A DNA stretch of 64,000 nucleotides from contig CBDCXM010000009.1 of the NCBI GenBank assembly GCA_965223855.1, positions 657,054 to 721,053 on the forward strand, in the 5' to 3' direction. The position numbers and the translations under genes were made by a program. This document shows, piece after piece, positions 49,093-60,416 of this stretch. Source of the DNA: Candidatus Multivoradales bacterium (lineage in GTDB: Bacteria > Acidobacteriota > Thermoanaerobaculia > Multivoradales > JAHEKO01). How positions within the stretch are numbered: position 1 is the stretch's first letter; each line of letters starts with the position of its first letter. The notes under the pieces are model-generated. The model did no database searches, was not told where the DNA came from, and saw only the letters and a list, made by a program, of their open reading frames with translations.

Positions 49093-49249
49093 CCGGCCAT
49101 TCGCGCTGAGAGCCGAGGGGGCTCGAACCGAGGCCCGAAAGCCTCGGCGACAGATCGCAGGCCGTCGGCCGAAGGTGAGAGAGCGCGCGTCGACGAGAGT
49201 CCTACCGAGTACGCGCGACGTCCCCCTCGGGCTCAGCGCGAATGGCCGG
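49093..49249 (+). repeat. MITE-like structured repeat element, copy C (about 157 bp, terminal inverted repeats ccggccattcgcgctgag…ctcagcgcgaatggccgg)
   Basis: Its core gggggctcgaaccgaggcccgaaagcc…cctaccgagtacgcgcgacgtccccct recurs at 58.1 kb in the same orientation and at 57.3 kb inverted. Confidence 0.6.
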
Positions 49250-49299
49250 GGCGGACCGGCTCCCACCACCATCCTGACGCTCCCCATAGACTCCACCCC

Positions 49300-51693
49300 A
49301 TGCCCACCCTCTCCCCAGCCACCGCCCGAGCCCTCGAGCTCCCGTCGCTGCTCGCGGTGCTGGCCGAGTTCACCACCACCGGCCCCGGTCGCGATCTAGT
49401 CCTCGCCCTGACTCCCGACCTCGCCGATGACGAGCTCGATCTGAGGCGTCGCCGCTACGAGGAAGCCCGCGTCGCCCTCGTCGACGCACCCCTGATCGGC
49501 GCCCTCGATGTCGACGTCCCGCTGCTGCTCGAGCGGGTGGCCGACCCGCGGGCGCTGCTCGAAACCGCCGACGTCCTCGCCGCCGCCGACCTGTTGCGGG
49601 TCGTCGGGCGCTGTGCCACCCGTCTGCGCATGGACGACGCCGACCGCTTCCCGCTCCTTGCCGAACTCGTCGCCGACCTCCCCGAGACCCGCCCCTTCAC
49701 CCGCCGGGTCGCCCAGGTGCTCGACCCCCGCGGCCGGGTGCGCGACGACGCTTCGCCGAAGCTCGGCAAGCTGCGCAACCGCGTCGGCAAGCTGCGCGAC
49801 CGCGTCTACGGCGAGCTCCAGGGCGCGGTAGGCCGGCACGCCGCCCACCTGTCGGAGGAGACCATCCCGCTCCACGAGGGGCGGCTGGTTCTGCTCTTGA
49901 AGAGCGGCGCCCGCGGGCAGGTCGACGGCCTCGTCCACGGCCGCTCCGGCAGCGGCCGCAGCTTCTACTTCGAGCCGCTCTCCGCGGTCGAGAGCAACAA
50001 CGAGCTGCGCTCGGCGATCGACGACGAGGAGGCCGAGCGCGCCCGTCTCGTCGCCGAGCTGCTGGAGGCGCTGCGAGAACTCGCACCGGCGCTCGAAGAG
50101 GCGGCCCGGATCACCGCCGAGCTCGACGCGCTGCAGGCGCTGTCGCGCTTCGCCGAACGCAGCGCCGCACGGCTCGCGGAGCTCGGAGACGAACGAGAGT
50201 TGAAGCTCGTCGGCGCCCGCCATCCGCTGCTCGATCCCGAGCTGGCGCCGGAGCGCGAGCGCGCCCTCGGCAGCCCCGGCCACCTGGAGCCGGTCGTGCC
50301 GCTCGATCTCGAGCTCGGCGGCGACGGCCGGCTGCTGGTCGTCACCGGACCCAACGCCGGCGGCAAGACGGTAGCGCTCAAGACCCTGGGGCTGCTGGCC
50401 GCCGCCACCGCCTGCGGAGTGCCGGTGCCGTGCGAGCGCGGCACCCGGCTGCCGCGCCTCGACCATCTCGTCGCCACCGTCGGCGACGAACAGGATCTGC
50501 TGCACGACCGATCCACCTTCAGTGCCCGCCTGCTGCGACTCGCCGAAGCGTGGGAGGCGGCCGGCGAGCGGACCCTGGTCCTGCTCGACGAACTCGGCTC
50601 GGGGACCGACCCCGACGAGGGCGCGGCGCTCGCCATCGCGCTCCTGGCCCACCTCCACGAGTCGGGCTCGCTGACACTCGTCACCACCCACCTGACCCGC
50701 GTCGCCGCCATGGCACTAGAGACCGAAGGCGCCCGGTGCGCGGCGATGGAGTTCGACGCCCAGCGAGGAGTGCCCACCTTTCGCCTGCGCCCCGGCCGTC
50801 CGGGGGCGAGCGAAGCGCTGGCGCTGGCGACCCGGCTCCGCCTTCCCCAGCGGTGGATCCGGGAGGCCGAGCGCCTCGTCGATCCCGAGCGCCGGCGCCT
50901 GCAGGCGGTGCTCGACGAAGTCGAGCGGGAACGCCAGGCACTCGAGCAGGAGCGAGAGGAGGTCCGTGAGGCCCTCGACGCGGCCGAGGCGACTCGCGCC
51001 GAGGCCGACGCCGAACGCGCGGCGCTCGAGAGCGAACGGCGCTCGCTCGCCCGCCGCCTGAAGGCGCGCTTCGCCGCCTTCGAGGAAGAGGTGCGGGGGC
51101 GCCTCACCGCCGCCGAGGCGAGCCTGCGTGAGGAGTTGGCGGCCGGCAGCCGCAAGGGGGCCGGCGCCCGGCGGGCCGCCGAGCTGCTCGACGAGGCACC
51201 GCTCGAACTGATCGAGGGGGAACGCCCCGCCACGGTGCCGATCGAGGTCGGCGGGCGGGTGCGCCACCGCGGTCTCGGCTGGGAGGGGACGCTCGTCAGG
51301 CTCTCGCGCGGCAAGGCCGAGGTCTCGGTGCGAGGCAAGACGATGCGTTGCGGCGAGAACGATCTCGAAGGTCTCGCAGCCGACGACGACTCGGCTGGGA
51401 AGCCGGCTCGTCGACCCGCGACGCCGAAGCCCTCGACCTCCGCCGCCGGCACCGCCGAGATCGATCTCATCGGTCGCCGCGTCGACGCCGGCCTCGACGA
51501 ACTCGACCGCCAGCTCGATCGGGCGCTGCTCGCGGGTCACGACACCGTGCGGGTCATCCACGGCCACGGCACCGGTCAGCTGCGCAAAGCGGTGCGGAAG
51601 CATCTCGTCGAGCACCCCGCTGTCCACAGCCACCGCCCGGGGGGAGAGGAGGAGGGCGGCGATGGCGCGACGATCGTCACCCTGGCGGGGTAG
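49300..51693 (+). CDS. mutS2: Endonuclease MutS2 (MutS domains III/IV/ATPase plus a C-terminal Smr domain)
   Basis: Walker A GPNAGGKT, and a Smr domain (IDLIGRRVDAGL…VRVIHGHGTGQLR). Confidence 0.85.
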   Translation: MPTLSPATARALELPSLLAVLAEFTTTGPGRDLVLALTPDLADDELDLRRRRYEEARVALVDAPLIGALDVDVPLLLERVADPRALLETADVLAAADLLRVVGRCATRLRMDDADRFPLLAELVADLPETRPFTRRVAQVLDPRGRVRDDASPKLGKLRNRVGKLRDRVYGELQGAVGRHAAHLSEETIPLHEGRLVLLLKSGARGQVDGLVHGRSGSGRSFYFEPLSAVESNNELRSAIDDEEAERARLVAELLEALRELAPALEEAARITAELDALQALSRFAERSAARLAELGDERELKLVGARHPLLDPELAPERERALGSPGHLEPVVPLDLELGGDGRLLVVTGPNAGGKTVALKTLGLLAAATACGVPVPCERGTRLPRLDHLVATVGDEQDLLHDRSTFSARLLRLAEAWEAAGERTLVLLDELGSGTDPDEGAALAIALLAHLHESGSLTLVTTHLTRVAAMALETEGARCAAMEFDAQRGVPTFRLRPGRPGASEALALATRLRLPQRWIREAERLVDPERRRLQAVLDEVERERQALEQEREEVREALDAAEATRAEADAERAALESERRSLARRLKARFAAFEEEVRGRLTAAEASLREELAAGSRKGAGARRAAELLDEAPLELIEGERPATVPIEVGGRVRHRGLGWEGTLVRLSRGKAEVSVRGKTMRCGENDLEGLAADDDSAGKPARRPATPKPSTSAAGTAEIDLIGRRVDAGLDELDRQLDRALLAGHDTVRVIHGHGTGQLRKAVRKHLVEHPAVHSHRPGGEEEGGDGATIVTLAG

Positions 51694-51786
51694 ACGAAGG
51701 GTGGCCGCGGACGAGAATAGGGCGCGCTCACGGGGCGTTGCGCTGTTACGTCAGGACCACTTCGCTTTGATAGAAACGCCCCCGCC

Positions 51787-53634
51787 ATGGCGGTAAGCCT
51801 GCTGACACGAGCCCCCATGGGCCGCACCCTCGCCCTCCTGGTCGCCGTGCTCCTGGCAACGGCTTTCCTGGCAACGGCTTCCCCGGCGACGGCGTTCTCC
51901 TCCACCGCTCGCGCCGCGGACACGTGGTTGCGTCTCGACACGCCGTCGTTCACCTTCTTCAGCAACGCGGGCGACGGCGTCACCCGGCGCTATGCGGCCG
52001 AGCTCGAGACGTTCCGCCGCTTCGTCGCCCGGGCGCTCGGCAACGGCGCCGTCGAAAGCCCGCTGCCGACCCACGTCTATCTGTTCCGCGGCGGCTTCGA
52101 CGAGGTCAGTCTCGGGGAGGGCAACGTCGGATGGTTCACCACCTCGCGGCAGGCCAACGTCATCGCCGTCGATACCTCCTCGGCCGAGGGGCTCGAGATC
52201 GCGTACCACGAGTACGTCCACTTCGTCGTCGAGAACTCCACTCCGGCGGTGCCGCTGTGGCTCAACGAGGGGCTGGCGGAGTTCTACTCGACCTTCCGGG
52301 TGAGCGACGGCAACGTCGAGTTCGGGCGCGAGGTCGACCGCCACGTCGACTACCTGCGGCGGCACCGACTGATCCCGTTCGCCGATCTCTTCGCCGTCAC
52401 CCGCGACTCCGACGACTACACGGAGGAGCGGCGGCGCGGCGTGTTCTACGCCCAGTCGTGGGCGTTCGTGCACTACCTGCTGGTCGGGCGGCACGAGTTC
52501 GACATCGAGGTCGACGACTTCCTCCGCCGGCTGCGCGACGGAGTCGAAGCAGAGGAGGCTTACCGCGCCGCCTTCGGCACCTCGACCGTCGGTCTGCGAC
52601 GCGACCTCGAACACTACGTCTCGCGGCCGGCCTTCGACTTTCTGCGCCTCGACGGACGCCCGCCGACCCCCGAGACCCTCGGCTGGGCGGCGATGCTCGA
52701 CGACGCGGAGGCGACCGCCCGCCTCGGACTGCTGCAGACCGCCGGACGGGTCGATCTAGCCGCAGCGGCCGATCGATTCCGCGAAGCCCTGGACCTCGAC
52801 CCGGCCAACGCCACCGCGATGCGCGGCATGGGCGAGTTGGCTCTCCTCGCGGGCGACGACCGCCAGGCCGAGAGCTGGCTCGCCGAGGCGCAGCGCCATC
52901 GCAGCGGCGATCCGGCGCTCTACGACCTTCACGGCCTCGCCCTGCTCCAGGGGGCGGAGAACCTTCAGGTTGCCGAAGGCGACGCCCAGCGCGCTGCCGA
53001 ACGGCGCCGGCTCGCCGAGCGCGCCCGTCACAGCTTCGCCCGCGCGATCGATCTGTTGCCGTCATTCGCCCCTGCGCTCTCCGGCTACGGCCGCTCGTTC
53101 TTCTGGGAGGACGACCCGAGCGAAGGGATCCAGGTGTCGGCGCGCGCCGTGCGACTGCTGCCGCGCAACCCCTATCTGCTGTCGACCCATCTGGCGCTGG
53201 TGGCGCAGGCGGGAGATGTCGAATCGGCGCGGCGCGTCTACGCCTGGCTCAGGCGGCCGGCGGTACGCGCCGAGCCGCAGGTGCTCGCCGATGCCGACCG
53301 CGCACTCTTCAACGCCGAGTATCAGGCGCTGGTGCGAACCCATACGACCCCGGCGAGCTACGGCGCACTGCTGGAAGGTCTGGAAGAGCTGAGTCGTCGC
53401 GCTCCCGATGCCGAGCTCGCCCGGGACCTCGACGCCAGGCTGGACGAGCTGCGGACGGTGGTGGAGCGCAACCGCTGGGCCGACACCTACAATCGAGCCC
53501 TCGAGCTGCTGGCCGCCGGCGAGCGGCGCAGCGCCCGCCGGCTGCTCGAAGACGTCGCCGACCAGCAGATCGACCGAGAGATCGCCGACGAGGCGCGGCG
53601 GTTGCTGCGAAGCTCCGCCGCCAGCGGTCGCTGA
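51787..53634 (+). CDS. Secreted HExxH-motif protein (DUF1570/MA-clan metallopeptidase-like) with a C-terminal TPR domain
   Basis: Signal peptide. YHEYVHFVV contains HExxH, followed by LNEGLAEF. C-terminal TPR-like repeats. Confidence 0.5.
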   Translation: MAVSLLTRAPMGRTLALLVAVLLATAFLATASPATAFSSTARAADTWLRLDTPSFTFFSNAGDGVTRRYAAELETFRRFVARALGNGAVESPLPTHVYLFRGGFDEVSLGEGNVGWFTTSRQANVIAVDTSSAEGLEIAYHEYVHFVVENSTPAVPLWLNEGLAEFYSTFRVSDGNVEFGREVDRHVDYLRRHRLIPFADLFAVTRDSDDYTEERRRGVFYAQSWAFVHYLLVGRHEFDIEVDDFLRRLRDGVEAEEAYRAAFGTSTVGLRRDLEHYVSRPAFDFLRLDGRPPTPETLGWAAMLDDAEATARLGLLQTAGRVDLAAAADRFREALDLDPANATAMRGMGELALLAGDDRQAESWLAEAQRHRSGDPALYDLHGLALLQGAENLQVAEGDAQRAAERRRLAERARHSFARAIDLLPSFAPALSGYGRSFFWEDDPSEGIQVSARAVRLLPRNPYLLSTHLALVAQAGDVESARRVYAWLRRPAVRAEPQVLADADRALFNAEYQALVRTHTTPASYGALLEGLEELSRRAPDAELARDLDARLDELRTVVERNRWADTYNRALELLAAGERRSARRLLEDVADQQIDREIADEARRLLRSSAASGR

Positions 53635-53745
53635 CGCCGACAGCTTCATGCGACCACGCTGCGGCGCGGCGCCGGTTGATACTCTGACGGGCCGACCGCG
53701 CCGGCCGACCGTGGACCGACCGGCCGACCGGCCGCCCACCCACCC

Positions 53746-55494
53746 ATGGCTCTCGGCAACATCCAGCTCACTCCGCAGTTCGTCCAGGCGGTCCGCGACG
53801 CTGTCGACATCGTCGACATCGCCGGCGAGCACACCCGGCTGACGAAGGCCGGCCAGCGCTACAAGGGCCTGTGTCCGCTCCACAAAGAGAAGACACCGTC
53901 GTTCTCGATCGAGCCGGTGCAGGGTCTCTACTACTGCTTCGGCTGCGGCGAGGGGGGCGACGCGATCGACCTCTACATGAAGACCTCCGGGGACGACTTC
54001 CCGGCGGCGATCGAGGCGCTGGCAGGGCGTTACGGCGTGCCGCTGCCGGCACGCTCGAGCGGCAGCCGCCGCAGCGACGAGCCCGACGTAGAGGGAGCGT
54101 TGGCGGCCGCCCAGGAGTTCTTCCGCGACCGGCTCTCCCGGCACGAGATGCCGCGCCGCTACCTGGAAAAGCGCGGCTTCGACAAGGAGCTCGTGGAACG
54201 CTTCGGTCTCGGCTACGCCCCTCCCGGCTGGGAGAACCTGCTCGAAACGCTCCAGGGCAAGGTGCCGGTCAAGACGCTCGTCGCCGCCGGCCTCGTCGGC
54301 ATCTCGCGCAAGTCGGGCAAGCACTACGACCGCTTCCGCGAGCGGCTGATGTTCCCGATCCACTCGTTGTCGGGCCGCATTCTCGGCTTCGGCGGTCGCG
54401 CGCTCGACGACGACAAGGCGAAGTACGTCAACACCGCCGAGACCGAGCGCTTCCACAAGGGATCGCTGCTCTATGGCATGCACCACGCCAAGCGGGCGTT
54501 GCGCGACGGCGGCAGGGTGCTTCTGGTCGAGGGCTACTTCGACCTGCTCGGCGCGGTCGCCGCCGGCATCGACTGGGTGGTCGCCAGCATGGGGACGGCG
54601 CTCACCGAGGAGCAGGCGCGTCTCATGGCCCGCTACGCCGAAGAGGTCTATGTTGCCTATGACGGTGACGAGGCGGGTGAGCGCGCCGCGCGCAAGGCGC
54701 TGCCGCTCCTGCTGGCCCACAACCTCGGCGTGCGGCGACTGCGTCTCGGGGAGGGTCACGATCCCGACTCGCTGCGCCTCGAGAAGGGAGCCGAGGCGCT
54801 GCTCGCAGCGGTGGAAGAGGCGCCCGACGCCGTCCAGCTCGAGTTCCAGCGGCTCGCCCCGCCGGGAGTCGGACGCGAGCCGCGCAAGCAGGCGGCGGCG
54901 GCGCGCGCGATCACCGAACTGCTCGAGCCGATCCCCGACGGCGTGCTGCGCTTCGGCTACGCCCGCCAGGCGGCCGACCGTCTCGGCGTGCCGTCGGATC
55001 TGTTGTGGCGGCGTCTCGGCGGCCGCGCCGACCTCGAGCAGGCACAGGCGCAGCGCCCGCGCGACACCGTGGTGCGCAGCGAGGAGGAGAAGCTGCTGCG
55101 CCTCCTGATCGTCGAGCGGGCCGAGATCGGCGCCGAGGAGTGGCCCGAACCGGAGGAGTTCTTCGATCGCGAGCTGCGGCGGATCTACGAAGCGTGGCGC
55201 CAGCTCGCCGAGGAGGAAGGCGCCCCCGAGCTTCGACCGCTCCTGGAGGCGCTCGGCGAAGAGGGTTCAACGGTTGCGAGATGGGCTCAGGATGACGTAC
55301 AATTCCCGGCTGCTCAGGTCGGCGACGAGTACGACGCCGCCCGGGCGAAGTTGCGTCGTCGTTGGCAGCGTCAACGAGCGCGGGAATTGACGGCGAAAAT
55401 CGCCGAGGCCGAGCGTCAGGGAGACACGGACACCGTGACCGCCCTGCTACAGGAAAAGGCCACCCTCAGCCGCGCCCTCCATACACGCCACTAG
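53746..55494 (+). CDS. dnaG: DNA primase
   Basis: Zinc ribbon [12 protein letters not shown]…[11 protein letters not shown] and a TOPRIM domain ([10 protein letters not shown]). Confidence 0.9.
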   Translation: MALGNIQLTPQFVQAVRDAVDIVDIAGEHTRLTKAGQRYKGLCPLHKEKTPSFSIEPVQGLYYCFGCGEGGDAIDLYMKTSGDDFPAAIEALAGRYGVPLPARSSGSRRSDEPDVEGALAAAQEFFRDRLSRHEMPRRYLEKRGFDKELVERFGLGYAPPGWENLLETLQGKVPVKTLVAAGLVGISRKSGKHYDRFRERLMFPIHSLSGRILGFGGRALDDDKAKYVNTAETERFHKGSLLYGMHHAKRALRDGGRVLLVEGYFDLLGAVAAGIDWVVASMGTALTEEQARLMARYAEEVYVAYDGDEAGERAARKALPLLLAHNLGVRRLRLGEGHDPDSLRLEKGAEALLAAVEEAPDAVQLEFQRLAPPGVGREPRKQAAAARAITELLEPIPDGVLRFGYARQAADRLGVPSDLLWRRLGGRADLEQAQAQRPRDTVVRSEEEKLLRLLIVERAEIGAEEWPEPEEFFDRELRRIYEAWRQLAEEEGAPELRPLLEALGEEGSTVARWAQDDVQFPAAQVGDEYDAARAKLRRRWQRQRARELTAKIAEAERQGDTDTVTALLQEKATLSRALHTRH

Positions 55495-55537
55495 CGACCG
55501 CGTTCTCCCCCCACGGAATCGAAGGAGTCCAAAGAAC

Positions 55538-57235
<1,698 letters not shown>

Positions 57236-57283
57236 GCGTTCGAGCAGGACCTTCTCGGTAGGACCCGGCCCCCTGACGGCAGC

Positions 57284-57419
57284 GGATCGTTGCCGCCAGG
57301 GGTACGTCGCGCGTACTCGGTAGGCACCTTCAGCGCGCGCTCTTTCGGCGTCGGACGGCCTGCGGTCTAGCGCCGTGGCTTTCGGGCCTCGCCTCGAGCC
57401 CCCTGGCAACAACGATCCG
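57284..57419 (-). repeat. MITE-like repeat element, copy A1 (inverted orientation relative to copies at 49.1 and 58.1 kb)
   Basis: Its reverse complement aligns with the core of copies B and C, at an estimated 85% identity by eye. It has its own TIRs (cggatcgttgccgccagggg … cccctggcaacaacgatccg). Confidence 0.55.
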
Positions 57420-57458
57420 ACTCTGTAGTCGCGGTGAGTATCAGCGGACCGCCTTCGC

Positions 57459-57552
57459 GAAGGACCTGCTCAGTAGGACGAGGGTCAGCGCGCGCTCTTT
57501 CGGCGTCGGCCGACGGCCTGCGGTCTACCGGAGTGGCTTTCGGGTCTCGCCA
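57459..57552 (-). repeat. Partial second inverted copy (A2) of the same repeat core
   Basis: Shares …cagcgcgcgctctttcggcgtcgg(c)cgacggcctgcggtcta…ggctttcggg(c/t)ctcgcc with A1. Confidence 0.4.
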
Positions 57553-58071
57553 TCGCCGACCGGAGGTCGGCGCAAGGACACAGCCCCCCAGGGCCGGCCC
57601 TGCCGGCCCCCAGGCAGCAGGGAGCCGCTGCCTGGCGATCTACCGCCTTCTTGCTCTCACGGCCTTCAAAGCAAGGGTCCCAAGGCAACGGGCCAAGCTG
57701 CAAGGTCACACAGCTACCCGAGTCGTAAGAGAGAGTGCAAGTCGATCGAAAGTAGCCGAGGAAGAACGACCGATCCTCTCGACCCAATCGAGAGCCCAAA
57801 GCTGCAAGGTCATCGCTCCCAAGAAGGCAAACGAAGCGCTTGCGGTCTCGTGCATTGAACCGGGCTAGAACCGTTTCGACGCCGAAGAGCGGGAGCGCCA
57901 ACGCGAACGCAGAGCCAATCAAGGTTACTCGCCCATTGCTCAGCTCTGCTCGCGGGAACGGCCATGCCGGCCAGGACGAGGACACTCCGCTTGGATGGCT
58001 TTTCCGATCTTCCTGCCTAGCACTGCACCTAGCAGGTACTGTCGGGAGACCCTCAGATAGGCCTCGCCCGC

Positions 58072-58218
58072 CCGGCAACCGGGTGCTCAGGGGGCTCGAA
58101 GCGAGGCCCGAAAGCCGTCGTGCCAGATCGCAAGCCGTCGGCCGAACGCTGAGAGAGTGCGCGCTGAAGGTCGTCCTACCCAGTACGCGCGACGTCCCCC
58201 TGGGCACCGGGTTGCCGG
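58072..58218 (+). repeat. MITE-like repeat element, copy B (about 147 bp; TIRs ccggcaaccgggtgctcaggggg … ccccctgggcaccgggttgccgg)
   Basis: Core nearly identical to copy C (49.1 kb). Confidence 0.6.
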
Positions 58219-58327
58219 ACGTGCGAGGCCGGTCGTACCACCCAATCGACGCCCGGCGCTGATTGACACAAGTGCCGCCCCTACTTAGGATTGGCGGCCC
58301 GACAGCGGCGCGCGCGCCGCACGATTG

Positions 58328-58402
58328 TCCTCGGTAGCTCAGTGGTAGAGCGGTCGGCTGTTAACCGATTGGTCGGCGGTTCGAATCCGTCCCGGGGAGC
58401 CA
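58328..58402 (+). tRNA. tRNA-Asn (anticodon GTT), CCA encoded
   Basis: Hand-folded cloverleaf. Anticodon loop CTGTTAA, T-arm GGCGG TTCGAAT CCGTC, 3' end …GAGCCA. Confidence 0.8.
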
Positions 58403-58410
58403 TCTGATTC

Positions 58411-58443
58411 GCGGCCGCCCTTCACGGGCGGCCGCTTGCTTTG
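58411..58443 (+). terminator. Rho-independent terminator after tRNA-Asn (gcggccgccc-ttca-cgggcggccgc followed by ttgctttg)
   Basis: GC hairpin plus a T-rich tail. Confidence 0.5.
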
Positions 58444-58481
58444 AAGGCCCGATCTCCGAAGGCCGAAGAAAGCCACCACGG

Positions 58482-59276
58482 ATGCTCGACAGAATCGCCC
58501 ACGACTCGATCACCGAGCTGCGACTGGCACGGCCGCCGGCGAATGCGCTCAATGCCGACCTGCTGGCGACGCTGAGGGAGGCGATCGCCGCCGAGGTGGA
58601 GGCGGGGACCGAAGCGATCGTGCTCTCGGGCCGTGAGGGGCTGTTTTCGGCCGGGCTCGACGTGCCGGAGCTGCTGACGCTCGATCGCGACGGCATCGCG
58701 CGGCTGTGGCGCGAGCTCTTCGGTGTCATCCGCGCCCTCGCCTCGTGCCCGGTACCGGTCGCCGCGGCGGTGACCGGGCACAGCCCGGCGGGGGGCGCCG
58801 TGCTGACGCTCTTCTGCGACTGGCGGGTGATGGCGGAAGGGCCCCCTTCAGAGACTCAGTTCCGGATCGGCCTCAACGAGGTGCAGGTCGGGCTGACTCT
58901 CTCGGAGTCGATCTACGGACCGCTGCGGCGCCTCGTCGGGCGGCGCTCGGCCGAGAAGCTGGCGGTGGCGGGCGCGCTGCTACCGGCAGCCGAGGCGCAC
59001 CGGCTCGGATGGATCGACGAACTGGCGCCGGTCGGCGAGGTCGTCGAGCGGGCCGTCGGCTACCTGCGCGGCCTGCTGGCGCTGCCGCGCACGGCGATGC
59101 TCTCGACCCGTGCGTTGCTGCGCGCCGATCTGATGGCGATGATCGACGAGGACGAAGGGGTCGAGGAGCGGGTGACGGAACTGTGGTTCAGCGACGAGAC
59201 ACAGGCCGCCATGAAGGCGATGGTCGCCCGCCTCGCCGATCGCAAGAAGGATCCATCGCAGAAGGAGTCGTCATGA
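58482..59276 (+). CDS. Enoyl-CoA hydratase/isomerase (crotonase) family protein
   Basis: Contains …NALNADLL…, GLFSAGLDV and AAVTGHSPAGGAVL, the crotonase-fold motifs. Confidence 0.8.
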   Translation: MLDRIAHDSITELRLARPPANALNADLLATLREAIAAEVEAGTEAIVLSGREGLFSAGLDVPELLTLDRDGIARLWRELFGVIRALASCPVPVAAAVTGHSPAGGAVLTLFCDWRVMAEGPPSETQFRIGLNEVQVGLTLSESIYGPLRRLVGRRSAEKLAVAGALLPAAEAHRLGWIDELAPVGEVVERAVGYLRGLLALPRTAMLSTRALLRADLMAMIDEDEGVEERVTELWFSDETQAAMKAMVARLADRKKDPSQKESS

Positions 59277-59611
59277 CGAAAGAACTGGCATCCCGCGAGT
59301 GCATCCCCTGCCGTGGGGCGGTCGAGCCGCTCACCGGCGACGCGCTCGACGCGCTGGCCGCCGAGCTCGACAACGGCTGGCAGGTGGTCGATGGACACCA
59401 TCTCGAGAAGCGCTACACCTTCCCCGACTTCGCCTCGGCGCTCGAGTTCACCAACAAGGTCGGTGCGCTGGCCGAGGAGGTCGATCACCATCCCGTGATC
59501 GAGCTCACCTGGGGCCGGGTCGACGTCGAGATCTACACCCACAAGATCGACGGCCTCCACGAGGCCGACTTCGTCTGGGCGGCGCGGGCCGACGCACTCC
59601 TCGACAGCTGA
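59273..59611 (+). CDS. Pterin-4a-carbinolamine dehydratase
   Basis: CIPCRG…L, …HHP… and the [EDKH]-x(3)-H-[HN]-P-x(5,6)-[YW] pattern (VDHHPVIELTW). ATGA overlap with the upstream stop, after a GAAGGAG SD. Confidence 0.8.
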   Translation: MTKELASRECIPCRGAVEPLTGDALDALAAELDNGWQVVDGHHLEKRYTFPDFASALEFTNKVGALAEEVDHHPVIELTWGRVDVEIYTHKIDGLHEADFVWAARADALLDS

Positions 59612-59828
59612 GCCCCGGAGGTAGGGAATTTTTCCCGGGTTGCCCGCGGGTTGGACCGCCCGTGAGCTTCCTTCTTCGCCGCAGGGTCCGATCCCGGCAG
59701 GCTTCCGCGCGACGGTCCGCGCTGGCACGCAGGTTGCGCCGGAAGCGGTGCATGAGTGAGCCCCGACAGCGGCGCCGGGTCGGCGGCAGCACGCGGCGAC
59801 CGCCGACCCGCCCCTCGCCGCGCGGCCG

Positions 59829-60214
59829 CTACGCCGGCTTGCTCTCGCCGATCGTCAGCAGCGCGATGCAGGTACCCTCCGTGCCCTCGAAGTCGAGCTG
59901 CCACGAGCCGGGCAGCGCCGCACTCAGGTCGAGATGCGCCAGGAGGTCGCCCACCAGAGCTTCCTCGGGCACCTCGAAGCCGATCACCTCGATGCCGCTC
60001 TCCTCTTCGGCACGCACTTCGGCGAGCGGGCCGGGATCGCGGCTGAACTCGACTGTGAGCGACGAGGCTTCGGCTTCGATCAGCACCTCGGCGGGCGCCA
60101 GCGCGGCGCGGCAGAACGGTTCCTCCTCGGCCGCCGCGGCACGGTGGTCGACGGCGCCTCCCCAACTGGCAAGGGTCACCAGGACGGTGAGCAGGATGAA
60201 GGCGGTGGGGTCGA
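59829..60214 (-). CDS. Small secreted hypothetical protein (128 aa), divergent from the sigma54 regulator
   Basis: ATG at 60214 after an AAGGAA. Signal peptide MKRLDPTAFILLTVLVTLASWGGA. It is the only plausible part of the 1144-aa antisense track ORF. Confidence 0.4.
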
Positions 60215-60416
60215 GACGTTTCATTTCGGTTCCTTTCCCGGGCTCCCCCAGGCACGGTCTGAGATACCCCTGCGCAACCCGCGTGCCACGGGGGAGGCGA
60301 CCGGCGACCGTCCAGACTTCGCCTGACGGGAGGCCCGACGGCCTGCCACACCCGGCCCGGCGAAGCGAGAGATCTAACAGGGAGAACTTCCCTGCTTCCT
60401 GCACACTGGTGGCTCG

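Noticed and set aside
57553-58071. Possible tmRNA, RNase P RNA or SRP RNA in the lower-GC core
   Set aside because: I looked on both strands for the tmRNA 5' end, tag reading frame and tRNA-like 3' end, the RNase P CR-I/CR-IV/CR-V motifs, and the SRP domain IV motif, and found none. It is left as an unclassified candidate ncRNA or remnant rather than being called.
57485-58207. 240-aa minus-strand ORF in the rpoD–tRNA-Asn island
   Set aside because: Low-complexity Arg/Ser/Gly/Pro composition. It spans the repeat copies and has no SD or family resemblance, so it is more likely non-coding.
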